DNA of 48,119 nt from a virus (lineage: Duplodnaviria; Heunggongvirae; Uroviricota; Caudoviricetes), in IMG/VR virus record IMGVR_UViG_643348551_000006, positions 1-48,119 of that record. The stretch is one strand, 5' to 3'. This document shows positions 10,901 through 21,295 of this stretch, in pieces. The notes below the pieces were generated by a model. The model searched no databases. It had not been told where the DNA came from and saw only the letters and a program-made list of their open reading frames with translations. Every line of letters starts with the position of its first letter. Position 1 is the stretch's first letter. A program made the translations under genes and the position numbers.

Positions 10901-11478
10901 AGCTGGTCTGTGGTGCTGTCCGGCGTCATCCTGCGCATCCGTATATTGAACGGGCGCGGCGGCAGGTTACCCACCACCACCGAGGCCAGATACTGCGAGG
11001 TGGTTTTGCCCTTAATGGTGATGTCTTTTTCCGTCACCCAGCCACCATTACGCTGGATCTGAACCAGCAGGCGGACTTCCGACGGATTCCGGTCCCCCTT
11101 TGAGGTGGTTTCCACCAGTGCCTGCACACCGAAGGTAAAGCGCAGTCGGTCGATGTTTGCCGACGTGATGGTGCGGGTGATCGGCGTGTCGTATTTCACT
11201 TCCGTACCCAGCACCGTCTCGGAGCCGGAGGATTCAAAGCCCTCCGGCGGTGTCTGCTCCTGCTCACCGGCCCGGAACACCACCGTGACGCCGGATATAT
11301 TGGTATTCCCCTCACTGTCCAGCACCGGCGTACTGTTCAGCAGCACGCTTTTTAATCCATCCACCGGACCTTCAACCGGCCCTTCGCTGATGGCATCGAT
11401 CACACTCAGCAGCTGCGTGGACTTCAGGTTGTCCTTCGCTTCGCGCGGGGTATGCCCCTTACTGCCGCCTTTACCCAT
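7999..11478 (-). CDS. J: Tail tip / host specificity protein J
   Basis: 1159 aa, N-terminus [34 protein letters not shown] matches lambda gpJ nearly residue for residue; C-terminal receptor-binding part diverges. Confidence 0.95.
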   Translation of the reverse strand: MGKGGSKGHTPREAKDNLKSTQLLSVIDAISEGPVEGPVDGLKSVLLNSTPVLDSEGNTNISGVTVVFRAGEQEQTPPEGFESSGSETVLGTEVKYDTPITRTITSANIDRLRFTFGVQALVETTSKGDRNPSEVRLLVQIQRNGGWVTEKDITIKGKTTSQYLASVVVGNLPPRPFNIRMRRMTPDSTTDQLQNKTLWSSYTEIIDVKQCYPNTALVGVQVDSEQFGSQQVSRNYHLRGRILQVPSNYNPQTRQYSGIWDGTFKPAYSNNMAWCLWDMLTHPRYGMGKRLGAADVDKWALYVIGQHCDQSVPDGFGGTEPRITCNAWLTTQRKAWDVLSDFCSAMRCMPVWNGQTLTFVQDRPSDKVWTYNRSNVVMPDDGAPFRYSFSALKDRHNAVEVNWIDPNNGWETATELVEDTQAIARYGRNVTKMDAFGCTSRGQAHRAGLWLIKTELLETQTVDFSVGAEGLRHVPGDVIEICDDDYAGISTGGRVLAVNSQTRTLTLDREITLPSSGTTLISLVDGSGNPVSVEVQSVTDGVKVKVSRVPDGVAGYSVWGLKLPTLRQRLFRCVSIRENDDGTYAITAVQHVPEKEAIVDNGAHFDGDQSGTVNGVTPPAVQHLTAEVTADSGEYQVLARWDTPKVVKGVSFLLRLTVTADDSSERLVSTARTTETTYRFTQLALGNYRLTVRAVNARGQQGDPASVSFRIAAPAAPSRIELTPGYFQITATPHLAVYDPTVQFEFWFSEKRITDIRQVETTARYLGTALYWIAASLNIKPGHDYYFYIRSVNTVGKSAFVEAVGQPSDDASGYLDFFKGEIGKTHLAQELWTQIDNGQLAPDLAEIRTSITDVSNEITQTVNKKLEDQSAAIQQIQKIQVDTNNNLNSMWAVKLQQMQDGRLYIAGIGAGIENTPDGMQSQVLLAADRIAMINPANGNTKPMFVGQGDQIFMNEVFLKRLTAPTITSGGNPPVFSLTPDGRLTAKNADISGNVNANSGTLNNVTINENCRVLGKLSANQIEGDLVKTVGKAFPRDSRAPERWPSGTITVRVYDDQPFDRQIVIPAVAFSGAKHERENNDIYSSCRLIVRKNGAEIYNRTALDNTLIYSGVIDMPAGHGHMTLEFSVSAWLVNNWYPTASISDLLVVVMKKATAGISIS

Positions 11479-11538
11479 TCGTCATGCTCCATAAACGATA
11501 AAACCGCCCGGAGGCGGTTTCACATAAAACATTTTGCA

Positions 11539-12210
11539 TCAGCGACCAATCACCACAACCTGACCACCGTCCCCTTCGTCTGCCGTGCTGATCTCCTGAG
11601 AAACCACGCGTGACCCCACGCGCATTTCCCCGTACAGAACAGGCAGAACATTGCCCTGGGCAACCATGTTATCCAGTGAGGAGAAATAGGTGTTCTGCTT
11701 ACCGTTATCCGTTGTCTGTGTACGGGGAGTTCTGGCTTTCGGTGCCAGCATCTGCGCCACACCACCGAGCACCATACTGGCACCGAGAGAAAACAGGATG
11801 CCGGTCATACCACCGGCCCCAATGGCTGCCCCCCATGCTGCAAGGGTGGCTCCGGCAGTAAAGAATGATCCGGCAATGGCGGCAGCTCCCAGGACAATCT
11901 GGAATACGCCACCTGACTTGGCCCCGGCGACTCTGGGAACAATATGAATCACAGCGCCATCAGGCAGAGTCTCATGTAACTGCGCCGTTAACCCGGACGT
12001 GCTGACGTCCCGCCCGGCAATCCGTACCTGATACCAGCCGTCGCACAGTTTCTGACGAAACGCCGGGAGCTGTGTGGCCAGTGCCCGGATGGCTTCAGCC
12101 CCCGTTTTCACACGAAGGTCGATGCGGCGGCCAAATCGTTGTAAATCCCCGTAAAGGCAGATGCGCGCCATGCCCGGTGACGCCAGAGGGAGTGTGTGCG
12201 TCGCTGCCAT
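11539..12210 (-). CDS. I: Tail assembly protein I
   Basis: 223 aa MAATHTLPLASPGMARICLYGDLQRFGRRIDL..., same length and sequence as lambda gpI. Confidence 0.9.
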   Translation of the reverse strand: MAATHTLPLASPGMARICLYGDLQRFGRRIDLRVKTGAEAIRALATQLPAFRQKLCDGWYQVRIAGRDVSTSGLTAQLHETLPDGAVIHIVPRVAGAKSGGVFQIVLGAAAIAGSFFTAGATLAAWGAAIGAGGMTGILFSLGASMVLGGVAQMLAPKARTPRTQTTDNGKQNTYFSSLDNMVAQGNVLPVLYGEMRVGSRVVSQEISTADEGDGGQVVVIGR

Positions 12211-12851
12211 TTGTCGGTATACCTCTCTCGTTTGCTCAGTTGTTCAGGAATATGGTGCAGCAGCTCGCCGTCACCGCAGTAAATAGCGGCATGATTCGGC
12301 ACCGATGAACCAAAGCAGCACAGCAGCACATCGCCCGGCTGCGCCTCTGTCAGTGCGACACGGTAAAAACCAGTCGCCTCCATATTGTCAAGATAGAGAT
12401 TCTGACCGTTACGCCACCAGTCATCCTCACGATAAAAGTCCGGCATCTCAATCCCCGCCAGATGATAAGCATCCCGGAACAGTGTGTAACAGTCCGTCAC
12501 ACCGTGCTCAAAGCGCCGCCCGGTGAGATGCGGCACACAGCGGAACTTATGAATCGTCCCCCGGCAGACCAGCCACCACGGCAAATCACTCTGCACTTGC
12601 AGCCGCCGGTCGGCCTCACTCAGCCAGGGCAGACCACCGGGGTGGCTGTGGACCAGCGCCACAATCTCACCCTGCATTTCTGCCTGCAGCCAGTCTTCCG
12701 GCGACATACGGAAATACGCCTCCGGCTCACCGGAGATATTCACGCAGGGAAAATATCTTTCCCCCTCCGGCGTGCTTACCACGAAGCCGCACGACTCCGC
12801 TGGCGCACATCGCCGGGCGTGCGCCAGAATCGCTGATTCTGTCTGTGTCAT
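12108..12851 (-). CDS. K: Tail assembly protein K (NlpC/P60 and JAB/MPN-like domains); 3' end overlaps I
   Basis: MTQTESAILAHARRCAPAESCGFVV...HSHPGG (JAB-type metal site) ... C-terminal NlpC/P60-like region; lambda gpK homologue. Coordinates as in the ORF track; true stop or overlap with I not verified. Confidence 0.8.
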   Translation of the reverse strand: MTQTESAILAHARRCAPAESCGFVVSTPEGERYFPCVNISGEPEAYFRMSPEDWLQAEMQGEIVALVHSHPGGLPWLSEADRRLQVQSDLPWWLVCRGTIHKFRCVPHLTGRRFEHGVTDCYTLFRDAYHLAGIEMPDFYREDDWWRNGQNLYLDNMEATGFYRVALTEAQPGDVLLCCFGSSVPNHAAIYCGDGELLHHIPEQLSKRERYTDKWQRRTHSLWRHRAWRASAFTGIYNDLAAASTFV

Positions 12852-12856
12852 GGGAT

Positions 12857-13555
12857 TTACTGCGAAAGTTTGTTAATGGAAAGGAAGCCGCCAAAGTTGC
12901 CGACGTTATTGCGAAACTTACAGCCGCTCAGGCATTTGCTGCATTTATCCTTCGTGATATCGGACGTCGGCTGGTCATATTCATCCGCGACTGCCGGACC
13001 GTGATAACCGCACTCATCGCCGCGATAGGTCCAGGTGCAGGTGTTGGCCAGCATGATACGTCCCGGAAAAACAGCGCCGTCCGTTTCCGTCGGCGTGGAC
13101 AGTACAAAGGAGGCACTCACCGCGCTCAGTTCGCTGCACTGCTCAATGCGCCAGCGGCTGATCACCTCCTGCTCCGGATCGGCATAACTGTTTCCGTTGA
13201 CGAAGTTCACCGCATCCAGAAAACGGGCGTAAACCTTACGCCGGACCACCGTTCCGCCGACCAGACTCTGCATATCTTCCGCCATCCCGGTGACCATACC
13301 GTACAGGTTAGAAACCGTCAGCGTGGGGCGCGTACTGGTGCCTTTGCCATTCAGTTCAAAACCGCTCCCCTGAATGGGATACGGCTGATACTGTCGCCCC
13401 TGCCAGGTGACCGGCTCACCTTTTTCGTTCTGCTCATTACAGAAAAAATAACGTTCTCCACCGACCTCTGTCAGGTCGATTTCCCAGAGCACCACGCTGG
13501 CCGACTGCTCCGCACGGGTGCATTCATTCAGTGTTTCCTGCCGGATATCCTGCAT
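12857..13555 (-). CDS. L: Minor tail protein L
   Basis: 232 aa MQDIRQETLNECTRAEQSASVVLWEIDLTEVGGERYFFCNEQNEKGEPVTWQG..., lambda gpL homologue with Cys cluster. Confidence 0.9.
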   Translation of the reverse strand: MQDIRQETLNECTRAEQSASVVLWEIDLTEVGGERYFFCNEQNEKGEPVTWQGRQYQPYPIQGSGFELNGKGTSTRPTLTVSNLYGMVTGMAEDMQSLVGGTVVRRKVYARFLDAVNFVNGNSYADPEQEVISRWRIEQCSELSAVSASFVLSTPTETDGAVFPGRIMLANTCTWTYRGDECGYHGPAVADEYDQPTSDITKDKCSKCLSGCKFRNNVGNFGGFLSINKLSQ

Positions 13556-13884
13556 CAGTTCACCACCTGTTCAAACTCTGCGCTGAACTCAACACGCAAC
13601 ATACTGACCCGCGACGACCATTTTGCGCAGGTCACCTTTATCTGCCGCCACTCATAAGGCGGCGTCCACAGAAAGGATTTCCAGCCCCCGTGCTCTTCCA
13701 GAAACGACTCCAGTACCGTGGCCTCCTCACGGGGGACAGAAAGCGTCACGCTGTACGTTTTCAGGTTGGCATTCAGCCCGGCAGGCGCTCGCTGAGAATA
13801 GCCATCACCAAAGCGCACCTTTCTTACAGAAGGGACCGAAGCCACATCCATACCGGGTTTCACTTTCCAGCGGAAGGTCTTCAT
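13555..13884 (-). CDS. M: Minor tail protein M
   Basis: 109 aa MKTFRWKVKPGMDVASVPSVRKVRFGDGYSQRAP..., lambda gpM homologue; start overlaps the H stop. Confidence 0.9.
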   Translation of the reverse strand: MKTFRWKVKPGMDVASVPSVRKVRFGDGYSQRAPAGLNANLKTYSVTLSVPREEATVLESFLEEHGGWKSFLWTPPYEWRQIKVTCAKWSSRVSMLRVEFSAEFEQVVN

Positions 13885-16442
13885 CGTCCACCTCCGGAGA
13901 ACAGGCCACCATCACGCATCTGTGTCTGAATTTCATCACGGGCACCCTTGCGGGCCATGTCATACACCGCCTTCAGAGCAGCCGGACCTATCTGCCCGTT
14001 CGTGCCGTCGTTGTTAATCACCACATGGTTATTCTGCTCAAACGTCCCGGACGCCTGCGACCGGCTGTCTGCCATGCTGCCCGGTGTACCGACATAACCG
14101 CCGGTGGCATAGCCGCGCATCAGCCGGTAAAGATTCCCCACGCCAATCCGGCTGGTTGCCTCCTTCGTGAAGACAAACTCACCACGGTGAACAATCCCCG
14201 CTGGCTCATATTTGCCGCCGGTTCCCGTAAATCCTCCGGTTGCAAAATGGAATTTCGCCGCAGCGGCCTGAATGGCTGTACCGCCTGACGCGGATGCGCC
14301 GCCACCAACAGCCCCGCCAATGGCGCTGCCGATACTCCCGACAATCCCCACCATTGCCTGCTTAAGCAGAATTTCTGTCATCATGGACAGCACGGAACGG
14401 GTGAAGCTGCGCCAGTTCTGCTCACTGCCGGTCAGCATCGCCGCCATATTCTGTGCAATACCATCAAAGGTCTGCGTGGCTGCACTTTTTACCTGCGACA
14501 TACTGTCCGTGGCGCTCTCTTCCCACTCACTCCAGCCGGACTTCAGGCCTGCCATCCAGTTCCCGCGAAGCTGGTCTTCAGCCGCCCAGGTCTTTTTCTG
14601 CTCTGACATGACGTTATTCAGCGCCAGCGGATTATCGCCATACTGTTCCTTCAGGCGCTGTTCCGTGGCTTCCCGTTCTGCCTGCCGGTCAGTCAACCCC
14701 CGGCTTTTCGCATCAATGGCGGCCCGTTTTGCCCGTTGCTGCTGTGCGAATTTATCCGCCTGCTGCGCCAGCGCGTTCAGGCGCTCCTGATACGTAACCT
14801 TGTCGCCAAGTGCAGCCAGCTGGCGTTTGTACTCCAGCGTCTCATCTTTATGCGCCAGCAGGGATTTCTCCTGTGCAGACAGCTGGCGACGTTGCGCCGC
14901 CTCCTCCAGTACCGCGAACTGACTCTCCGCCTTCCACAAATCCCGGCGCTGCTGGCTGATTTTCTCATTTGCTCCGGCATGCTTCTCCAGCGTCCGGAGT
15001 TCTGCCTGAAGCGTCAGCAGGGCAGCATGAGCACTGTCTTCCTGACGATCGCCCGCAGACACCTTCACGCCGGACTGTTTCGGCTTTTTCAGCGTCGCTT
15101 CATAATCCTTTTTCGCCGCCGCCATCAGCGTGTTGTAATCCGCCTGCAGGATTTTCCCGTCTTTCAGTGCCTTGTTCAGTTCTTCCTGACGGGCGGTATA
15201 TTTCTCCAGCGGCGTCTGCAGCCGTTCGTAAGCCTTCTGCGCCTCTTCGGTATATTTCAGCTGTGACGCTTCAGTATCGCTCTGCTGCTGCGCATTTTTG
15301 TCCTGTTGAGTCTGCTGCTCAGCCTTCTTTCGGGCGGCTTCAAGCGCAAGACGGGCCTTTTCACGATCATCCCAGTAACGCGCCCGCGCTTCATCGTTAA
15401 CAAAATAATCATCCTTGCGCAGATTCCAGATGTCGTCTGCTTTCTTAAACGCAGCCTCTGCCTTAATCAGCATCTCCTGAGCGGTATCAGGACGACCAAT
15501 ATCCAGCACCGCATCCCACATGGATTTGAATGCCCGTGCTGTCCTGTCTGCCCAGGTTTCCAGCGTGCCCATGTTCTCTTTCAGGCGTCGGGTCTGGTCA
15601 TCAAACCCTTTCGTTGCGGCCTCGTTCGCCGCCTGCAATGCCCCGGCTTCATCTCCGGAACGCTGCAACTGAGCAACATACGCAATCTGCTCCGCCGTCA
15701 CGTTATGGAACTGACGTGCCATCGCTGTCAGTCCCGACGTCGGGTCTGTGGTCAGCTTCCCGAAGGCTTCAGCGACCTTGTCCACCTCCACGCCGGATGC
15801 AGAGGAGAAACGCGCCACACTCTGGCTGATCGCCTCAAACTGCTCACCACCACGCACACCGGCATTCACCAGCGCCGTCAGTGACTCGCTGGTCTGGTTA
15901 AACGTCAGCCCTGCCGCCTGCCCGGCTCTGGACAGGACCAGCATACGATCTGCCGTCAGTCCCGCCTGATTGCCGGAAAGGACCAGCGTTTTGTTGAAAT
16001 CGGACAGGGTTGAGTTGCCCTGATACCAGGCATACGCCAGCGCACCGGTCGCCACCGCCAGCGAGGTGGCCCCCACCATCGGCAGGGTGATCGCACCGGC
16101 AAGCCCCCTGAACATGGGGATCATCCCGCCGAAGGAGTCCTTAACCTGACCCCCCTGTTGCAGCAGGATCAGCCACGGGCTTTGCCCGCCTGCAAGCTGC
16201 GTGGCCACGTCGGTGAACTGTGCAGGCAGCATACGCATGGCGGCTTTATACTGTCCGACGGAAATCCCCGCTTTCTGTGCAGCCAGCGCCTGCCGGTTCA
16301 TTGACTGTTCAACGACTGCCGCTGTTTTTTTCGCATCACTTTCCGTACCGGAAAAATGACGCCTGACTCTGGCCATCTGCTCGTCAAATCTGGCCGCATC
16401 CAGACTCAAATCAACGACCAGATCGCCTACCGGTTCAGCCAT
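13881..16442 (-). CDS. H: Tail tape-measure protein H
   Basis: 853 aa, same length as lambda gpH; MAEPVGDLVVDLSLDAARFDEQMARVRRHF... Confidence 0.9.
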   Translation of the reverse strand: MAEPVGDLVVDLSLDAARFDEQMARVRRHFSGTESDAKKTAAVVEQSMNRQALAAQKAGISVGQYKAAMRMLPAQFTDVATQLAGGQSPWLILLQQGGQVKDSFGGMIPMFRGLAGAITLPMVGATSLAVATGALAYAWYQGNSTLSDFNKTLVLSGNQAGLTADRMLVLSRAGQAAGLTFNQTSESLTALVNAGVRGGEQFEAISQSVARFSSASGVEVDKVAEAFGKLTTDPTSGLTAMARQFHNVTAEQIAYVAQLQRSGDEAGALQAANEAATKGFDDQTRRLKENMGTLETWADRTARAFKSMWDAVLDIGRPDTAQEMLIKAEAAFKKADDIWNLRKDDYFVNDEARARYWDDREKARLALEAARKKAEQQTQQDKNAQQQSDTEASQLKYTEEAQKAYERLQTPLEKYTARQEELNKALKDGKILQADYNTLMAAAKKDYEATLKKPKQSGVKVSAGDRQEDSAHAALLTLQAELRTLEKHAGANEKISQQRRDLWKAESQFAVLEEAAQRRQLSAQEKSLLAHKDETLEYKRQLAALGDKVTYQERLNALAQQADKFAQQQRAKRAAIDAKSRGLTDRQAEREATEQRLKEQYGDNPLALNNVMSEQKKTWAAEDQLRGNWMAGLKSGWSEWEESATDSMSQVKSAATQTFDGIAQNMAAMLTGSEQNWRSFTRSVLSMMTEILLKQAMVGIVGSIGSAIGGAVGGGASASGGTAIQAAAAKFHFATGGFTGTGGKYEPAGIVHRGEFVFTKEATSRIGVGNLYRLMRGYATGGYVGTPGSMADSRSQASGTFEQNNHVVINNDGTNGQIGPAALKAVYDMARKGARDEIQTQMRDGGLFSGGGR

Positions 16443-16875
16443 ACCGGACTCCTCCTGCGATCCCTTCTGATACTGTCATCAGCATTACGTCATCCTCCGT
16501 CATGTCCGCCACATCCGGGGAAGCGGGGATAACTTCATTCCCGTCCGGGCCAAAGCGGACGCCTCCGGCAAGCCCTGCCGCTTTCTGCATCAGCACATCA
16601 TCTTCAGGCTCTTCGTCAGCCTCGCGCCGGTTCAGCAGACTGAAATCCAGCGGATGCATATCCGGATCGCTGAAAAACAGGCTGAGTACGGTGTACGTCA
16701 GCCCGGAAAAGTGCATATCCAGCAGAACATCATGAAAATAATGGGTACTGTAAAAGCGGTGCCAGTCGGCATACTCCGTGGATGACATCCCGGCAAGCAT
16801 GGCGCGCCAGTCGGGTCGCCCCATCTCACGCGCCAGTTTCAGGGCAAAACTCAGCTCACCGTCGAACACTTTCCC
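16435..16875 (-). CDS. T: T segment of the G-T tail assembly chaperone, reached by -1 programmed frameshift from G
   Basis: ORF in the -1 frame begins exactly at the GGGAAAG slippery heptamer near the end of G; translation matches the lambda gpT part of gpGT. Confidence 0.8.
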   Translation of the reverse strand, partial: GKVFDGELSFALKLAREMGRPDWRAMLAGMSSTEYADWHRFYSTHYFHDVLLDMHFSGLTYTVLSLFFSDPDMHPLDFSLLNRREADEEPEDDVLMQKAAGLAGGVRFGPDGNEVIPASPDVADMTEDDVMLMTVSEGIAGGVRYG

Positions 16876-17273
16876 ACAGAAACAGGCTCTGCTGGCCCGG
16901 CGTCATCTGCCTGTTCAGGTGCATCATTCACAACAAACTCAGACATACCGGACAGACGCATTACCACATTTTCAGCCTGAGCAATTGCCTCTGTGGGCCA
17001 GGTGGTAAGCACTTCCTGCTCAATTTGTTTAACGGCTTCATTCATGGACGGCATCTTTGTCTTCTGCGGATGGCTATGCCACAGGGACATCGCCACCAGA
17101 AAAGCACCGGTTCTGACGAGATCTTCCACGCTCACCTGTCGATTGAGACTGGATCCCGCCTGTTCTGCCTGTCGTTTCAGCAGGGCGAGATGCTCAATAC
17201 GCTGCAGGGCTGACAGTTCAGAAAGCGTGACGCTCACACCGTTATATTCAAATGATTCGGTTTTCAGGAACAT
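16851..17273 (-). CDS. G: Tail assembly chaperone G
   Basis: 140 aa MFLKTESFEYNGVSVTLSELSALQRIEHLALLKRQ..., lambda gpG homologue. Confidence 0.9.
   Translation of the reverse strand: MFLKTESFEYNGVSVTLSELSALQRIEHLALLKRQAEQAGSSLNRQVSVEDLVRTGAFLVAMSLWHSHPQKTKMPSMNEAVKQIEQEVLTTWPTEAIAQAENVVMRLSGMSEFVVNDAPEQADDAGPAEPVSVGKCSTVS
16869..16875 (-). promoter_or_regulatory. Programmed -1 ribosomal frameshift slippery site G GGA AAG (G to G-T)
   Basis: Minus strand reads tctgtGGGAAAGtgttc about 6 codons before the G stop; identical heptamer and position to the lambda G/T recoding site. Confidence 0.8.
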
Positions 17274-17288
17274 CGCTGACTCTCCGGA

Positions 17289-18029
17289 TTAACTGTCGGT
17301 GACGGTGATTTCTGCAACCACAGCAAGTTCACCATTACCGGATACAACCGGAATGTTGACCTTGCCTGCAGCAACACCTTTCACGGTGATGGTCATACCA
17401 CTGACCGACACGGTGGCTTTTGTTTTATCCGCAGACACCGCACGGAAGCTCTTGTCGGTTGCGCCCTCCGGCTGGAATGCCACGGTCAGCGTGGTGCTCT
17501 GCCCTTTCACCACCGAAGTGCTGGCAGGCGTCACGGTCATGCCGGTTGCCGCTGTTACCGTGCTGCGATCTTCTGCCATCGACGGACGTCCCACGTTGGT
17601 GACTTTCACCGTGCGGGTGATCACTTCCTTCGCCGTCACCGCCTTACCGATACTGCTGACCCAGCCGCGGAACACATCGACCGTGCCGTTCGGGAAGCGG
17701 ATTTTATAGGCACGGGTATCCCCTTCATTAAACCACGCCAGCAGCGCCTGCTGCCCCTGCTCTCCGGGCATCCACGCCAGCGTGAAGCTGGTATCTCCGG
17801 CAGATTTCTGCCCCTGCCCGGTCGCAGTCCAGTCTGCATCTTCATCATCGAGATAGCTGTCGTCATAGGACTCAGCGGTCAGTTCGCCGGGCGTCAGGTC
17901 TTTAACTTTTGCCAGACGCGACCAGTCAACGTCTGAAAGCGGATTCGCATAAGGGTCACCGCTCCCCTTATAAACCCACAGGGTGGTCCCGGCACCTTTC
18001 ACCGGCATTACAGGATTTGGTACAGGCAT
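17289..18029 (-). CDS. V: Major tail tube protein V with C-terminal Ig-like domain; start at MPVPNPV
   Basis: [33 protein letters not shown]... matches lambda gpV; 246 aa from this Met. Confidence 0.9.
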   Translation of the reverse strand: MPVPNPVMPVKGAGTTLWVYKGSGDPYANPLSDVDWSRLAKVKDLTPGELTAESYDDSYLDDEDADWTATGQGQKSAGDTSFTLAWMPGEQGQQALLAWFNEGDTRAYKIRFPNGTVDVFRGWVSSIGKAVTAKEVITRTVKVTNVGRPSMAEDRSTVTAATGMTVTPASTSVVKGQSTTLTVAFQPEGATDKSFRAVSADKTKATVSVSGMTITVKGVAAGKVNIPVVSGNGELAVVAEITVTDS

Positions 18030-18036
18030 AGCGTCC

Positions 18037-18432
18037 TCACATTTCATAGGTAATGACATAAGTCAGATCGGCTGAACTCCACAGGCCCGCATCATCGTCG
18101 CGCCGGTAGTCATAGCCACTGGCCACCATACTGGTGATCAAATCTGACAGTGCCGGGACATCGCTCATCACCGGATAAATCCGGGACTCCATCCACGAAT
18201 CCAGCTCTGAATCCGGCACCTGAGCAGGCAGGAAAACTTCAATATGCAGCTCCGCCTGCCAGGTATCACTGTCCAGCTCTTCGCCCGTGTATTCAGCGCC
18301 GGTGAGATAAACGGCAATTGCCGGAAAATCCGCCTCATCAAAAACAGCGGGGCGACCATCAAAAAGCGTCGCCCCGGTGTCATGCTTCTCCAGTGCATCC
18401 AGTACGGCTGCACGGAGTTCAGTATGTTTCAT
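18037..18432 (-). CDS. U: Tail tube terminator protein U
   Basis: 131 aa [45 protein letters not shown]..., lambda gpU homologue. Confidence 0.9.
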   Translation of the reverse strand: MKHTELRAAVLDALEKHDTGATLFDGRPAVFDEADFPAIAVYLTGAEYTGEELDSDTWQAELHIEVFLPAQVPDSELDSWMESRIYPVMSDVPALSDLITSMVASGYDYRRDDDAGLWSSADLTYVITYEM

Positions 18433-19007
18433 CGCTTTATTACCATTCTCAGTTGATGCTGCAGCGCATAGCCCAGCTCTTTCGGAAGACGTTCACGCCG
18501 TATCCGTTCAATATTCTGTTTAAACGCCGTGGTAAGCGGCACCGCCATCGGGATTTTCACCACATCAATGGGGTAACGGTTTTTCCCGGCCACACGCTGC
18601 ATGACATGCCACCGGCCATTTTTCAGTTGCTGAATAAACGCGCCGGGAATACGACGGTTTCCCACCACAAGCACGCTGCCGCCACCTTTCAGGGATGAAC
18701 GCTGCCCCTTTTTACGACGCCTGCGTCGGGACAGGACAACCCGCGCGTTACCCAGCTTGATTACGGGCAAATCCCCCCGGTTAACCCTGATTCTGGCCTG
18801 CGGATTTTTAACCGTGGCCCTTTTCAGCCTGGCCCTTTCCTTTACCAGTTTCCGGCGTACCCTTGTCTCACGGGCAACCTGTGACGCAGACTGCGATATC
18901 GCGGATGAAGCAACGCGGTTAATGGCCATTGCTGACGCACCGGGCACCACCGTTTTGCTGATACGGCTGAGGTTTTCAACGGCCTGCTCAAGACCTTTTA
19001 TGGCCAT
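18429..19007 (-). CDS. Z: Tail completion protein Z
   Basis: 192 aa MAIKGLEQAVENLSRISKTVVPGA..., lambda gpZ homologue. Confidence 0.9.
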   Translation of the reverse strand: MAIKGLEQAVENLSRISKTVVPGASAMAINRVASSAISQSASQVARETRVRRKLVKERARLKRATVKNPQARIRVNRGDLPVIKLGNARVVLSRRRRRKKGQRSSLKGGGSVLVVGNRRIPGAFIQQLKNGRWHVMQRVAGKNRYPIDVVKIPMAVPLTTAFKQNIERIRRERLPKELGYALQHQLRMVIKR

Positions 19008-19018
19008 ACATCCCCCTT

Positions 19019-19372
19019 TCAGCGGCGACGGTTAACGGCAGGCGGTACGCCCCGCCCAAGCCAGAGATGACAGCTTCCGCCATCATCCGGCGAAATCCGG
19101 TCTATCCAGAAGTTTTCCTCACCGATGGTCAGCGTGTCGCCGCGCCGCAGCTGCCGCACCTCATCAGTCCGGACAAACAGGGACGGGCTGGAGCCTTCAA
19201 CGCGTACGCCCTGTCCGGCATAGCTGATATTTTCAGGGTCATCAAAAACACCACATATCACAACACCGGACTGCTCACCGGATGTAATGATGGCTGACGT
19301 TCCCATGTACCCGCGTATCGTTTCATCGGCGCGGGCAATGGCAGCATCGAACAGGTTATCGAAATCAGCCAC
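19019..19372 (-). CDS. FII: Head-tail connector protein FII
   Basis: 117 aa MADFDNLFDAAIARADETIRGYMGTSA..., lambda gpFII homologue. Confidence 0.9.
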   Translation of the reverse strand: MADFDNLFDAAIARADETIRGYMGTSAIITSGEQSGVVICGVFDDPENISYAGQGVRVEGSSPSLFVRTDEVRQLRRGDTLTIGEENFWIDRISPDDGGSCHLWLGRGVPPAVNRRR

Positions 19373-19383
19373 AGCGTCTCCCG

Positions 19384-19785
19384 TTATTGCATTCTGGCCA
19401 GGCCGCGCTCTGTCATTTCAGCTGCCACACCGGCAGAGACACGGAACGCCGTTCCCGGCAGCACAAATGCCACAGGTTCATCCCGCATGGCGTGGAGTGC
19501 ATCGGTATGCAGCGTCACCAGTGCCACGACCGTGACCAGCTCAGCCGCATCCTGAATCACGGTATCCGGCTGCGCTGATACCACCTCATTTTCATGTCCG
19601 GTCAGCGCATTTTCCGGGCTGAGAGGTGTGTCCTGACCAGCAATGTCATCCGTATCATCAAGCTCTTCTTCCAGTTCGGCCACTCGCTGCGCAATATCTG
19701 CTGCGCTTCCCGACATATCCGGTTCCCGACCCAGAATCCGGGACAGTTCACCAAGTCGTTTCAGATTTTGTTCTTTCGTTGCCAT
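19384..19785 (-). CDS. FI: DNA packaging / head completion protein FI; start at MATKEQNLKRL
   Basis: C-terminal ...DTPLSPENALTGHENEVVSAQPDTVIQDAAELVTVVALVTLHTDALHAMRDEPVAFVLPGTAFRVSAGVAAEMTERGLARMQ matches lambda gpFI. Confidence 0.85.
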   Translation of the reverse strand: MATKEQNLKRLGELSRILGREPDMSGSAADIAQRVAELEEELDDTDDIAGQDTPLSPENALTGHENEVVSAQPDTVIQDAAELVTVVALVTLHTDALHAMRDEPVAFVLPGTAFRVSAGVAAEMTERGLARMQ

Positions 19786-19835
19786 ATCAGTTCCCTGCGA
19801 AAACAACACGGGGGCATTTCACCCCCGCTCACGGA

Positions 19836-20864
19836 TTATTTCACCTGTACCACCACAAACTCATCAGGATCCGGCAGTACCATCAACGGCGCGGACTGCG
19901 TCATAGTGAATTCACGGGCAGGGTCACCCACCGTCATCCAGTGTTTCGGATAACGGGAAGAGGACACCACACCTTCAGACAATGCCTGCGCATCCTGAAT
20001 TGCGCCGTAGCAACGAATCCCATCTGCAGCAGTATTCCCCAGGACCAGCGTGCCGTCTGGCAGATAACGTTTTTCGGTACCATCCTCTGCCACATAAGAC
20101 GTTTTTGCCACCACAATGGCCAGATCGCCGTAATACCCTTTGAAGGACACCACTGCGCCCAGATCTTTCACTGCCGTTTCGAGTTGTGAATTTGAACCGC
20201 GACGGGTATCCAGTTTTTCGCGGAACAGCTTAAAGCCATTCAACAGACGCCAGGCCTTGCCATCCATAATGGCAATATTCACCAGGCCACTGGCCTGATC
20301 GCAGTACATGTCAATATCATGTGTCGGGTCAAACGTATCGCGGTTCTGATTTGACCACTCACTCCCACCTGCCTGTGTAATATTGTTTTTCGTTGATCTG
20401 CCGAAATCGACCTCAATTTTCTCGAACTGCTCCCCTTCCATGGTGTACTTGCCATACAGCACGGCATTCACCGCCTGCATCTCTTCCACCTGGACAATGG
20501 CGTGTTCTTCCTGTTTGAGATTATCGGTGATGATACGCAGACGACGGTAAGCCGGATCGTTCAGTTGAGCTGGATCTTCACCGGGAAGACGCTCCACCGC
20601 CTGCTGGTAATTAAATTCGTGTTTCGGCTTGACGTAACCCGGACGCAGTACGCGGGTTTCACCGCCACGGTGACGCAGAACCCTGCCCTCAACAACAGGA
20701 GAAACATAGGCTGCCACCGGCGTTTTGCCGGTAATTTTATCCAGCATCACTTCTTCTGTATGGAAATTGATCGTGCGACGAAAAAAAAGCTCCAGAAACA
20801 GAGCACGAAATTTCACTTTTTGCTCGGTATAACCAAGCAACTGGCGGGTTGTAAACAATCCCAT
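19836..20864 (-). CDS. E: Major capsid protein E
   Basis: 342 aa; ...LFLELFFRR...PGYVKPKHE...NITQAGGSEWS...TGDPAREFTMTQSAPLMVLPDPDEFVVVQVK, lambda gpE homologue. Confidence 0.95.
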   Translation of the reverse strand: MGLFTTRQLLGYTEQKVKFRALFLELFFRRTINFHTEEVMLDKITGKTPVAAYVSPVVEGRVLRHRGGETRVLRPGYVKPKHEFNYQQAVERLPGEDPAQLNDPAYRRLRIITDNLKQEEHAIVQVEEMQAVNAVLYGKYTMEGEQFEKIEVDFGRSTKNNITQAGGSEWSNQNRDTFDPTHDIDMYCDQASGLVNIAIMDGKAWRLLNGFKLFREKLDTRRGSNSQLETAVKDLGAVVSFKGYYGDLAIVVAKTSYVAEDGTEKRYLPDGTLVLGNTAADGIRCYGAIQDAQALSEGVVSSSRYPKHWMTVGDPAREFTMTQSAPLMVLPDPDEFVVVQVK

Positions 20865-20936
20865 AAATATGGTTCCTTTAATTCAGAAAAAACAAAAGCC
20901 GCAATGCGGCTCTGTAAAAGTGAAATAAAATATCGC

Positions 20937-21281
20937 TCAGGCGTGGCTGATCGCACTGCCCACAAATGCGTTTGCTTGTTTCACCGCATCCACCGAATCA
21001 GGCCAGAGCAGCGATTCGGTGGCAAACGTACCGCTTTTGTAGTAAGTCAGCACAGGCTCGGTCCCGGCAAGCGCCAGTGCCAGCACACCCACAGCCGTTC
21101 CGGCTTTCTGACCATCCCAGACCACCAGTTTTCCGGTGGCGTCATCCAGCATCAGCGGCGTCAGTGCAGGTGTGGCAGACGTGATACCACTTTTACCCAC
21201 AGCTGTATGCACCGGGTCATTGCCAGCGAAAATGCGCGCACCTGTGCGCTGTTCAGTAACGGTTTTCATCATCAGTTTCAC
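20937..21281 (-). CDS. D: Head decoration protein D
   Basis: 114 aa with ...PVHTAVGKSGITSATPALTPLMLDDATGKLVVWDG...YYKSGTF..., lambda gpD homologue; exact start Met ambiguous. Confidence 0.85.
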   Translation of the reverse strand: MKLMMKTVTEQRTGARIFAGNDPVHTAVGKSGITSATPALTPLMLDDATGKLVVWDGQKAGTAVGVLALALAGTEPVLTYYKSGTFATESLLWPDSVDAVKQANAFVGSAISHA

Positions 21282-21295
21282 CTCTGTAATTTTGC

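Noticed and set aside
12108-12210. ~100-nt overlap between K and I as a possible frameshift or fusion
   Set aside because: Both frames give full-length lambda-like proteins; the overlap may reflect the ORF-track start for I or a genuine overlap, and nothing indicates a defect.
12845-16000. Multiple plus-strand ORFs (270 aa, 221 aa, 172-192 aa) opposite L, M and H
   Set aside because: Antisense shadow ORFs within well-supported lambda tail genes.
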